Shown: one piece after another, positions 48,256 to 60,189 of the stretch
How positions within the stretch are numbered: the stretch's first letter is position 1
How the letters are laid out: every line of letters begins with the position of its first letter
Assembly: GCF_009834535.1 (NCBI RefSeq)
Contig: NC_045696.1
Location: forward strand, 63,428,001-63,492,000
Source: Camelus ferus
Lineage: Eukaryota
DNA: 64,000 bases
Reading direction: 5' to 3'
The notes under the pieces: generated by a model
The model's input: the letters and a program-made list of their open reading frames with translations, nothing else
What the model was told of the DNA's origin: nothing
Database searches by the model: none
Translations under genes and position numbers: made by a program

Positions 48256-51200
48256 ACTGTTTTCATGACGGAAGGGTTGGAATTCTCCATGGCAAAGACG
48301 ACACATAGCAATGGCAGGATAATTTATTGAGATATCCATTTGGAATTTGTCCTCACTGTATTTTTTCCCCTCTCTTATTCTGGGTAAGAGACTTAGGACT
48401 CTGGGTTTCCTTGTTTCAGGACTCTTGGAGCCATAGGTTTGAAAACAGGATATCATTCTCTCTGCCTTTCTGTCCTGGCTTTAGAGAAGGTTGTGCTAAC
48501 AGGAGGAGACGGGGGGTGGGGGGAAGCTGGGGAGCAGAAGGTGAGAGAAGGGGAGGGGAGAGGAGAGTGGGTGACAGGTCCTCCCAGACCTAAAAGAGAA
48601 GCAGTTTGGGATTCCAGGCCCTTATTCCCTTCCCTGCCGGGGCAGAGCCTCAGTGAGCCCAGGGACCCCCATTTTTTGCAGAGACCATGACCCGAGAGCA
48701 GGTGAGCTGCTGGCCTGTAGGGACCTTGGACTATGGAGACATCAGTAACCAGGGGCCCTTAGAGCTGCTCCACTTCCACACCTTGGGCCCTTCCATGAGC
48801 CCCAGTTGGGTGGTGCCGCTGCTGCTTCCGCGATGAGCCCCGTTCACTCATGACTGGGTTTCTCCACCAGCCTAGTGAACCGGACGCTCCTCATCAGAAT
48901 TCATTTGTTTTTAGAAAAATCATGTGGCACATCTTTCATGCCTGTGTTTGTGGGATAAAACCCATTACCTGCTCCATATAGAATGCAATATCTAATAAAT
49001 GCTCTTGGACAAAAGCTGTTCCGTAAATAGCAACACCTGCAAGAGACATATCCTGAGAGGACCGGTAGGAATCGGGAAATCACTGTCCTGTTTTACCTCT
49101 GGCACTAATAAGCTCTGTAACCTTCAGTAAATCGCCTCCTCCATCTGCGTCTCTACTGGTTAAATGAAGGGAGCTGGGCTAAATTCCTGGTCCATGTTCC
49201 TGCAAATTTAGAATGGATTTGGGTAACATGAAATAGTCAAGAAACTATATTCTTAATTAAAGACATAGCTTAGAAGCTGCTCTGGTGCTGTTCATTTCCA
49301 CTTAAAAATAACTGACTTTTCGGAAAAGCAGTTTCTACAATTGCAGAAGACACGCGTAAGTGTGGCATTATGTTTGTTACCTGCTTAAACTATACTTGTG
49401 CACACACTTGTGGTCTGTGTCGGGACTTTGGTCATCATGGTAATGTGTACTTGGGATTTTCATTTTAAAAAGAAAAGCGCCTTTGAGAAAAACCAATCCT
49501 TCCATAACGGGCTCATCTTTCACCGGGGCTGGAACAGTGTAAACATGACCGCTGGAGGCTCCGTGTTTATGTTTTCTCAATGACTTCCAGATTAAATTTG
49601 CTGTGTTTACAAGATGGAGACACTTTTTCTAACCGCCAGCACTGCAAATTCAAACAGGGGTTGAGGGGGTGGCACCCAGCTGGGCCCTCTCTGCTTGAAG
49701 TTATCCTCTGTCTCTGACAACGGGTCCATGGATGCCCCGGTGGGACGCGCCCAGCCTAGCAGCCGCCTGTGGACACTGGCTTTTCATACTTCAATTAAAT
49801 CAAGATATCAAGTTATTGTTACTGTTATTGTTGTTGTTGTTGTTATTTTCAACTTTAAGGCTCAGGTCTAGAAGTAAGATCCTGACTACAGAGGTAATTC
49901 CCATCCCCCACCATACTTGACAATTGCTTCACTTTTCCCTTTGTCTCCCTCAGTCCTTGCCTCATCAAGACCCAGTGACTCTCATTTTGAAGTTTCTCTT
50001 AATTCTCTTGAATCATGAACAGTGTTAACCTAATGCCTAGAAACCCCTGGGTGACCGTCAGGCTTGCAGGTCATCTGTTGAGGTACCCACAGCGTTCTGC
50101 AGAACTTCAAGCACAAAACCCTTGAATGTTTTACCTTGAAAAAATACCATATCCCTTTAAAACAACATTTCACTGAAACCCCTTTGTATTCGATGTTTAA
50201 CGCTTATGAGGCATGGTACTTGGACCGTGGAGCTGGCGCCCCAGCTAGCTGTCACGATGTTCTAACCGGGGCTCTGTCAGTGGGCAGTGGGATGTCTTGG
50301 TTCCTCCGTCACTGCCTGCTGTTTTTTCCCGATTGGCTACTGCATGGAGAGGAAAACGTGGACTTGGCTTCCGGAGCCTGATTCACTGTCGCGAGCTGGG
50401 CCACCAGCAGCACTGCCTGTGTGACTGTGACGGAGTCTGGCTCTTCTGTCCTCTTGCCTCACAGAGATCAGCTGTGGTTCCATGGAACATGCCAGGCATG
50501 AAAGGATATGGTAAATGAAACACCATGGGAGCCAAAAGCTCTGTGACCATCGGACCCAAGGTCTTGGGAGAACTGGCTGAAGGGGATCAGGGGTACTGTC
50601 GGTTGCTATGCACCGGGAGATATTTGTAAAAACAAGTTTAAATATTTAAAAAAATCACTAACTTCCCTAAAACTCAACATGAGTTTTCTTGGACTCCACC
50701 ATCACTGTGGCAAATTCCCTCCCTCCCTGAGTGTCCAGTGTCCTGTGTCAGCTGGAGGGACGGCCCTGGAAGTGTCTCAGGAGCTTTTCAGCCCCAGAGC
50801 GCTGCAGTTCTGTGCCCTGGTTCTCAGGCTGGGGTGTAGGGAGAGGTGATGGGATGAGAGGGGCGGAAGGGAGGATCTCTAGTTACACGTCTAGCGAAGA
50901 TTTTTCAGGAAATAAATAAGCAAATGAAAACTTTATTACCAGGAAACTCATATCTAAATCAATTTTAGTGACCATCTTATTAGAAGTTTTGATTTCACTC
51001 AAAATATATATTCCTTGACCCACCCCCCGCCACACAGACCACACACACACATATAAGTGCATGCGTCATAAACATTCTCATTTCTGCTTTCTTTCTTTCC
51101 TTCCTTCCTTTCTTTCTTGTTTGATTGCAAGTGTCTTATTGTATACTATGTTTTAATTTTTTGAAAACTGAGTAAGTAAAAATATTCCATTTTTAAAAGT

Positions 51201-51324
51201 AAAAAAAATGACTTTCACAAGAAGTTGACTGTGGTCCTTTGTATTCTCAGTACCGTCATCTTGTTCCTGCAACTCACAGGGCAGGGAGCTCTGCTGGCTG
51301 TTAATCAAATAACATCTTGTCCTG

Positions 51325-51480
51325 GATCTAAAGGTGTTTTCGTAGTCCTAGCTCTGATGTTGATTGCTGTGTGACCTTGGGGCAGTCCCTTCCCCCCTCT
51401 GGACCGCAGCTGCCTCATTCGGAATGAAGGAGTGGCACCAGATAGTAGTATCTAAGTTACCTTCCAGATTTAAAGCTTTA
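51325..51480 (+). mobile_element. MIR (MIR3-like)
   Basis: gtcctagctctg..tgctgtgtgaccttggggcagtcccttcccccctctggaccgcag..tctaagttaccttccag. Confidence 0.75.
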
Positions 51481-52004
51481 TAAAACCCAGCATATGAAAC
51501 AATTAATAAATAAAATCCACCATCCCAAAACAGCGTTTAACTTATGAAACAGGATAATAAAGGTAAAACGGCTTGTATTTTAAAAATGAATTTAAAAAAA
51601 TAGCTGCCTCATTTTAGAAATACTTTGATTTACATGTAGCATGTCAAATTCTCTTATACCTGTAATTGATAAAAATTTGTCTAGTTGGACATTTCAGTGA
51701 TGATTCTTTATCCCTAGCAGCTGACCCTGCCACATCCATCAGAAAAAGTCTCAAGAAACACCCTTGTAATGTTCAGCTGAAATCTCTAATGGGTGTGATC
51801 AAACCAGGCTTAATATTCGTTTTTGGTGAACAGTTACTTTGAAAGCCTGTGTTGCTTTCTCATTATCATTTTATTTCTACCATTAGCCACATTTAAAAGT
51901 ATAAATCACTACTAACGTCTATCAGAATGAAGGGTAACCCTCTCACTCAGAGCTGATCATCATCACAAGTGAAGAGGTGGGGCGCTGGGAGGAGGGAGCA
52001 GGGG

Positions 52005-52070
52005 TGGTGTGACCTTGGGTAAGTCACTTCCCTGTCTGGGCCTCAGTTTCCTCATACTGTAAATGTCCAG
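52005..52070 (+). mobile_element. MIR core fragment
   Basis: tgtgaccttgggtaagtcacttccctgtctgggcctcagtttcctcatactgtaaatg. Confidence 0.8.
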
Positions 52071-54309
52071 GTCACCCTGAAGGGCCCTTTGGTACTCATG
52101 TGCAAGGACGTTGTAATAATCTCAGCAAGTGCTGGGCTGTTGTGTGTAAGAAAATTAGCACTTAAGGCTTTTCAGATGGCTGTCCCCCTGAGTAGATGCT
52201 GGGGAGTGGTGGGCCAGTCCATAGAGTCCTTCAGCTCTAGTAGAGGAAAACAGCTCCTCAGACCCAAGAAAACCACCCAGGGAGAGAAATGGGTGGAGTC
52301 GGCAAAAGGCTTTATTTAGAAACCACCTCCCTCCCCTCAGCACCCTCCCTCCCCCACGTGCCTCCTGGTTGAATTACCTTGAGACCTGGTTTTCCTATTT
52401 GTGGTCCTCCAAGCACAGGGGCAAGTCTGTGATTTGGTGGCTCTCAGGCTCCCCAGGAACAGGTGAAAAGGCTCAAACTCCCTTTAATGCTCTAAGGAGG
52501 GGCTTTCAAACTTTTTGAGACACAGAAGTCTTTTTAAAACGTAAAATCGAAGGTGGAACCCAATATATAAAGCAAATAAAAGTGGTGTTTGGCCAGCATA
52601 AATGTTATTTTCTATGTCCAAATATATGACATTGTCAACTCAACTCAATTATGTTGTCTTAACGAACATAAAATTTTGAAATTGTAGGATAGGGGTGCCA
52701 GTTGCTGTCTTATCAGCCTCTGTATCGGATACATTTTGCATAATTTATTTTGTTACATCATTTCTGGGTTGCAAATCGGAACTTTTCTCTGAGAGTGGCT
52801 TTGCCAACCAACATGGACTGTCTGTGGGCAGCAGACGTGGAGAATTCTGGAAGCTTCATGCAGCCCTGCCTGGGGACATGGGGGAAATATGTTTTCCCCA
52901 CATGGAGGCGGGGGAAAGGGTACATGGTGACCTGAAAGGTGCTGATATGTAAAGCCGTGTTTTAAAGCCAGGTTCTCAAGACTCACCGAGTCTCAATTAC
53001 CTCCCTCTTGTGATTTTCCATTCCCTGGGTGGAGTCTTTTTTTTTTTTTTTTTAATGCTCCCGTCTCCCCTCAGCAGACTCCACACCTCATCTGGAAAGA
53101 CAGCCGGGGCTACAGATTAGAGGAAGTCCAGCCCTTCCCTGAGACCACCGTGGAGGTGGCAGTGGTGGGCTTAAGACCACTCCAAAGAGAAGGCAAACCC
53201 TACATACACAATGAGGTTCCCTAGAGCTGCCTTCCCCCTCTGCCCCCTAGCCAGTCTCCTTCCTGTGCCAATTCTGGAGCCTCCGGGCTTTATTTTTAGT
53301 AATAAAGCCCGTATTTCCTTAACTCTCCAGTGTGTCAAGTGGTCTACGAGGCCCTGTGGGTTCACGGAGTTGAACAGACTCAGCACAGGCTCCCAGCGAA
53401 CAGCAGTCATCTGAGATGTGAGCTCCTGGCCGCTTCACCTGCAAGAGAAGCTGGGCGCATGGTGTTCCTCAAATACTTTTTCAACATGGACCCTGCTTGT
53501 CTCAAAGATCTAATGATACTAATTTACTTTTAAAGTCCCAGTAAGATCTATGTCAACATTCACATTCTTCTGCCCCACCCCCACCCCACCTCTGCAGTGC
53601 GAGAAGGCGGCTCCGGGATGTCTGCTAATGATTGATGGCCCTGCTGTCTGTTTGTATTCCTTGGCCCATAGGTTTAGTTCCCAGATTGTTTCAAAATGGC
53701 CAGCAGCAGCAGTCAGCATGTGGTATCTCCGAAATCTTAGAGACACCAGATCACACACTTGTTAACATCACACAACTAAAGGAATTATTTCAAAAAACAA
53801 TAGAATTCTCCGATATTTGTTGGTCAAGGCTGAAGACTTTACTCCTTGGGGAGTGAGGAAGAGCATCCCAGGGAAAGCAATTTTGCAGAGGAAAAAAATA
53901 AATAAATAAGGAAAATAAGGAGTAATGTCTTGCCTAAGCTCAGATACCAACAGCGGTGGGGGCTGAGAGGCACACTTTCCGTGTCCTCACACAGATGTCT
54001 CCTCCGCAGCCCCACTGAAAATCGGGCTGTCTCTTAGGTGAGGGGTTGGGACTTAGCAAGCGATGCGCTATCTCTGAGTCCACGGACTCTGGGGATTGTT
54101 AAAGGTGTTAACGGCGTGGAAGATGAGAAGAAGTCTGTGAACGATTTTCAGTATTTCAAAGAGCTTGACGGGAATTCCTCATTTGCCTGGATATGGGTTG
54201 TGGTCTCATCAAGATGCCCCCTTCCTTTGCTCTTGGCTGTCTGGTTATACCGGGGACTTCCTCCTGCAAACCAGAAGCTCTGCTGGGCCAAAGAGAATCA
54301 TGATGAATG

Positions 54310-54535
54310 ACCTGGGCTTTGACAGCAGACAGGCCTGGGGTCGAGCATGTGCCTGCCCACTTCCTAACCGGATGACTTTGATGGAGCGCCTTGATCTCTC
54401 TCAACCTCGATGTCCTCACCTGAAAATAAGGACAATCTTGCCTGTAAAGTAATGACAATAATCCTGCCCACCTCGCAGAGCTGTTGGGGTCAGTCCACAG
54501 TAAGCCCTCGATTAAAGGCAGCTGTTATTGTTAGT
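54310..54535 (+). mobile_element. MIR SINE
   Basis: tgggctttgacagcagacaggcctggg..cccacttcctaa..cctcacctgaaaataaggacaat..cccacctcgcagagctgttg. Confidence 0.75.
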
Positions 54536-54961
54536 CGCTTCAGTTAATGAAAAATGAGAAACGGAATTATGATTTAATTAAAATAGCATACTGATAGGCA
54601 AAAACCTTTCAAAACTTGTACCTCAGAGGGGTTCTAGTGGATGAAAATTTGAGATCCTTTACACTTGGCGACTGTAGGTTTTTGATTTTCAGGGGGGCAG
54701 TGGAATGGACACGTGTGCATGATTAAAATCTAATTGCGGGGCTTTCATTTCATTCCCTTAGGCTGACTCTGCATATCTTCTGGCGTCATAAAACAAGCCC
54801 TGGACCACAGTGCAGGCCACATGCCCTGCAGTGACCTCTTTCTAAGCCACCTCTGTGTCCTCTGGATAGAAAACTGTTGATTGAAAAGGACAGGACAATA
54901 CCTTCTGTCATGATGACTGCAGATTGCATTCAATCAGGACGGCATTCTGTTGATTCAAAAG

Positions 54962-54963
<2 letters not shown>

Positions 54964-54997
<34 letters not shown>
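54964..54997. repeat. (AC)17 microsatellite
   Basis: Read directly. Confidence 0.96.
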
Positions 54998-54999
<2 letters not shown>

Positions 55000-55283
55000 C
55001 CCAGCTGGTGACATCAGTGACCCGAGGAGAGTGGGGGGGATTTGAGGACAGTTTACCTGGGAAGGAAGGTTTCAGTCATACTACCACCCAGTGGTGGGTA
55101 GAAGTAACTTAGATAAGTGAAGCCTGTTCTAGGCTTTTGCCTAATTCTCAATAATCTTACTGCCACTCTTTGTTCTTAGAGGCCTTCCTTGATAATATGT
55201 GGCGACTCATGATTTTTCTTCTTTTAAAAAAATACACTGAACCTAAAACTGCTCTAAGAAATAAAGACTAATAAAAAAAAGGA

Positions 55284-55286
<3 letters not shown>

Positions 55287-55326
<40 letters not shown>
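55287..55326. repeat. (TG)20 microsatellite
   Basis: Read directly. Confidence 0.96.
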
Positions 55327-55327
<1 letters not shown>

Positions 55328-56943
55328 ATGTGCTGCATTGAAAACAGTACCATAAAACCTAAAATTTGGTTCCCAACTTTTCTCCATGTTACTTGACTTG
55401 ATGGCTAGAGCTCTGTACCTATTACTATAATTTCACTATCCATTGAGCCTAGATGGAAATTGCCTGCTAAATGCCAACCCCCTGCCCCTCTCTCCCAACA
55501 CATACCCCTCCCGACCACTTATTTTGCAGTGAATACTCTTTGGAAGGTCTCCTTAGGTTTTCTTTTTCATCACACAAGGGTGTTGCCATGCATGACAAGG
55601 ACTTTCTTCCTCCATTGGAAGACCTCAGCTTCACGACGAATGGGATAAATTCATTTTCTTTTCATATGACACTTGAAATATAATAGTTCATTGAAAGGGG
55701 GGGGGAGGAATCCATTTAGCTTTAATCTTGACTAAAATGAACGAAATGGAGATTAACAATTCAAAAATCAAGCTTGTTAATTAAAATTGACTGCAATTAC
55801 ACAACTTGCCCTGCAGCTCCCTAGGAGCCATTTCTCTCCTGCTTGATTATGATGATGAAAACTTACCCTTTACCGGGATAAAATGAAGTCATCTCGACCA
55901 GAGAGAAAAGTGCCTCAGAACTGACCGCATATGTATTTGTTTTTCTAGAACTTTTTTTTTAAGTCCCTGAAGTAATACATTCAGTGAAGTTATCCTCCAG
56001 CTCTAACTTTGCATTAATGCATGTTTGAATATGGAGGGAAGTTTCTCACATAATGAATCCAAATTTAATAAGCCAAATGCATTTAGATTTCTACAGGTGG
56101 GGACCTTCGGGGTTGTAAATACCTGACTAGGTACACAATTTCTAAAGAATTTGGATATTACTGAAGCCATACTTCAAATGCACTGTGCCTGTGGCTCATG
56201 GTTTATTAGATTTCCCCTCTCCCCACAGGAGATGAGTTTATTCTCACAGGCTTACTGCTGCACAGTCATGTGGATGTGATACTGTTTCTCAGCATAACAT
56301 GGCCTTTTAGGAAGATTCCCCCAGAAAAATGAAGTGATTCTCAGAGAGACAGAGGAGTGGAGGAAACCAGAACTATGGGCTTTACTCTCTGGAATAATTC
56401 CAACTCTGCAACAGGAGCAAGCAAGGCTGCCCTAAGAGGCAAACTCCACGAGCTTCAGTGATTATGAGGAACCGTCTCCTACAGAGAGCTATCTGCCCCT
56501 GCCACGAACTTTTTTGCCCACCACTGACCTTAGGACAAACTGTTAGTATGAGAAAGAAAGGTCCTTTTATGTTTTAACCTCACCGCTTCTGAAACTGCCC
56601 TTCAGAAAGCTTACCTTTCCCGTTCTCTCTTTTCTTGGCAACACTAAAAAGTCCTTTGTAAACATCCTCCCGGAAAGTCTCTGTAGATCTGTCTGATAAA
56701 CCTCGAAACGGAGAGAGTTTAAACTCCTGTCTGAGAACAGATTGGATGGAGAGCTTAAAAGATTATTCCCTTCAGAGAAGTAGCCGAACTCACCAAGCTT
56801 GAAAAGGTGTCAAGGAGAAATGGAAATGACAGTCCTGGTCTATCTATACAGAGCTTTTTTCTCTCCCCAGACCGAGCGTTCTTAGGAGCTTTGCTGATCA
56901 AGAGAAAGGCAGGCCCAGGCTTCTGATTCTCAATGTGCAAGAC

Positions 56944-57070
56944 GGGCTGGGTGTAGCTCAGTGTAGAGCGCATGCTTAGCATGCAGGAGTTCCTGGGTTC
57001 AATCCCCAGTGCCTCCATTAAATAAATAAAGTAAAAATGATACTTAGTTTCTGGAAAAAAAAAAAAAAAA
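56944..57070 (+). mobile_element. tRNA-Ala-derived SINE (vic-1-related, atypical tail)
   Basis: gggtgtagctcagtgtagagcgcatgcttagcatgc..gggttcaatccccagtgcctcca followed by an A-rich tail and a 16-nt A run; no clear TSD. Confidence 0.85.
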
Positions 57071-57290
57071 GGCTATACTTAAACAAATAAAATAAAAAAC
57101 ATACCTTTGCTTAATGAAAAAATGCCTGAAATTAGGAAAGCCAAGACAACGAAACATTAAGAGATGTGCTCAAAGTTAGTCAGAGCTAACATATAAATTG
57201 CTCCAACCAAACAGAAATAGCCCATTGAGTCAGAAATGCAAATTGTTTTCTTTTTAAAAAGAATTTGTTGATCACTCAAGCCTCATTTTT

Positions 57291-57359
57291 TTTTAATTGA
57301 AGTGTAGTCAGTTTACAATGTTGTGTCAATTTCTGGTGTACAGCATAGTGATTCAGTTT

Positions 57360-57390
<31 letters not shown>

Positions 57391-59339
57391 TATATTTGTT
57401 TTCACTATAGGTTACTACAAGATATTGAATATAGTTCCCTGTGCTATACAGTAGAAGCTTGTTGTTTATCTATTTTATATATAGCAGTTAGTATCTGCAA
57501 ATCTTGAACTCCCAGTTTATCCCTTCCAGCCTCCTTTCCCCACTGGTAACTATGTTTGTTTTCTGTCTGTGAGTCTGTTTCTGTTTTGTAAATAAGTTCA
57601 TTTGTGCCTTTTTTCTTTCTTGGATTCCACATATGAGTGAAATCATATGGTATTTTTCTTTCTCTTTCTGGCTTACTTCACTTAGAATAACGATCTCCAG
57701 GTCCATCCATGTGCTGCAAATGGCATTATTTTGTTATTTTTTAAGGCTCAGTAGTGTTCCATTGTATATATATACCACAGCTTCTTTATCCAGTCATCTG
57801 TTGATGGACATTTAGGTTGCTTCCATCTTGGCTATTGTAAATAGTGCTGCTATGAACACTGAGGTGCATGTATCTTTTCAAATTAGAGTCCCCTCCAGAT
57901 ATATCCCCAGGAGTGGGATTGCTGGATCATATATGGTAGTCTGTTTTTAGTTATTTGAGGAATCTCCATACTGTTTTCCATAATAGCTGCACCAAACTAC
58001 ATCCCACCAGCAGTGTAGGAGGGTTTCCTTTTCTCCACACCCTCTCTAGCATTTGTCATTTGTGGACTTTTTAATGCTCACCATTCTGACTGATGTGAGG
58101 TGCTACATCACTATAGTTTTGATTTGCATTTCTCTGATAGCAATGTTGAGCATTTTTTCATGTGCCTATTGGCCATTTGAATGTCTTCATTGGAGAATTG
58201 CTTGTTTAGGTCTTCTGCCCATTTTTGTATTGGGTTGTTTGGTTTTTTATTATTGACTTGTACTAGCTATTTATATACTCTGGAAATTAAGCCCTTGTCA
58301 GTCTCATCATTTGCAAATATTCTCCTATTCCATAGTTTGTCTTTTTGTTTTGCTTATGGTTTCTTTTGCTGTGCAAAAGCTTATACTTTTAATTAGGTCC
58401 CATTTGTTTATTTTTGCTTTTATTTCTATTGCCTGGGTAGACTACCCTAGGAGAACATTGCTAAGATTTATGTCAGAAAATGTTTTGCCTATGTTTTCTT
58501 CCAGGAGGTTTATAGTATCTTGTCTTATGTTTAAGTCTTTAAGCCATTTTGAGTTTATTTTTGTGTATAGTGTGAGGGAGTATTCTAACTTCATTGATTT
58601 ACATGCTGCTGTCCAGTTTTCTCAACACCACTTGCCGAAGAGACTATCTTTTCTCCATTGTGTATTCTTGCCTCTTTTGTTGAAAATTATTGACCATAGG
58701 TGTGTGGGTTTATTTCTGGATTCTCTATTCTGTTCCATTGATCCATATGTGTGTTTTTATGCCAATACCATGCTGTTTTGATTACTGTAGCTCTGTAGTA
58801 TTGTCTGAAATCTGGGAGGGTTATTCCTCCAGCTTCATTCTTTTTCTTCAGTATTGCTTTGGCAATTCTGGGTCTTTTGTGATTCCATATAAATTTTAGG
58901 ATTATTTGTTCCAGTTTTGTGAAAAATGTCCCAGGTAACTTAATAGGGATCACATTAAATCTGTAGATTGCTTTGGGTAGTATAGCCATTTTAACGATAT
59001 TAATCCTTCCAATCCAAAAGCATGGGATATCTTTCCATTTTTTAAATTCATCTTTAATTGTCTTAATCAACGTTTTGTAGTTCTCTGTATATAAGCCTTT
59101 TACTTCCTTGGTCAGATTTATTCCTAAGTATTTTATTTTTTTGGATGCAACTTTAAAAAGGATTGTTTCTTTACTTTCCTTTTCTGATATTTCATTGTTA
59201 ATGTAAAGAAATGCAACTAATTTCTGTATGTTAATCTTATATCTTGCTATCTTGGCTAATTCTTTTATCAGCTCTCATAGTTTTTGTTTGGAGCTTTTAG
59301 GGTTTTCTATATATAGTATCATGTCATCCACATACAGTG
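57291..59339 (-). mobile_element. 5'-truncated LINE-1 (2.05 kb)
   Basis: Minus-strand ORF2 peptides (YVDDMILYIENPK at the 5' breakpoint, [34 protein letters not shown]); near-TSD tcaagcctcattttt (57276-57290) / tcaagtctcgttttt (59340-59354). Confidence 0.95.
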
Positions 59340-59804
59340 TCAAGTCTCGTTTTTCAAATCCATCTATCTCTCCATCTTCCCATTCCTCCTCCATCACAGG
59401 CCAAAGGAAATATATTTGTCTATTGAAAAGATATTGATTTCCTCCCAGATTTAAGAGTCCTAAGGAACCACACTGAAAGAAAGGACAGGGACCCTGATGG
59501 GTTTCAGGGACAGCGCTCTCACTTCCTCTTGTCCTGCTCTTGTTTCTTCCTGTTAAAATGTATCTCATTGCATCATATTTGTGAACGGTGGGAGTTTTCT
59601 ATCCTTGGGAGATATTGTCAGAAGGTAGGTGATATGGTTATTCCAAAGTAGGGGGGATTCCCACACTGGTTGGAAGTGGGACCAGAAACCCCCAAAGGCC
59701 CCTTCCAGCTCTAAGGCCCTGTGGAACAGTCCCTCAGTCTTATCCCAGGGGACTACTTGTGGTTCAGAAGCAACTGGTGCTAGTCTCAAGAAATCAAACT
59801 TAGA

Positions 59805-59966
59805 AGGATGAGGGTATAGCTCAGGGGCAGAACATGTGCGTAGCATAGACAAGATCCTGGGTTCAGTCCCCAGTATCTCCATTAAAAGAAAAATAGATTA
59901 AAAATCCTAACAACCTCCCCCCTCAAAAAAATTAAAAATCAAAAAAAAAAAAAAAAAAAAAGAAAA
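59805..59966 (+). mobile_element. tRNA-Ala-derived SINE (vic-1-like)
   Basis: gagggtatagctcag..cctgggttcagtccccagtatctcca + long A tail; 17-bp TSD aagaaatca(a/g)acttaga at 59788-59804 and 59967-59983. Confidence 0.92.
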
Positions 59967-60189
59967 AAGAAATCAGACTTAGATATTTACCCTTCCTCCC
60001 ACCCAGATGATCCAGCAGCCATTGTGGATGTTTAGCAGGGACAGCAGGACATTGTTAGGCCAGATTGTGGAGAATGCCAGACTCCAGGTTAAGACAAAGT
60101 GGACAAACCAAGGAAAACCCTTCTCTTCTTCCAGTGGTATCTCTTCAGTCATACCATGACTCTGACTCTTAGATTCTAAAAATGTCTAT

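Noticed and set aside
50485..50503. p53/p63-like element gaacatgccaggcatgaaa
   Set aside because: CATG cores are 9 nt apart rather than the canonical 10, and the second half-site has a poor flank.
56947..57018. Functional tRNA-Ala(AGC) gene (also considered for the other five copies)
   Set aside because: Acceptor stem cannot pair fully, a D-loop G is missing, and an A-rich retroposon tail follows instead of a T-run terminator; these are SINEs.
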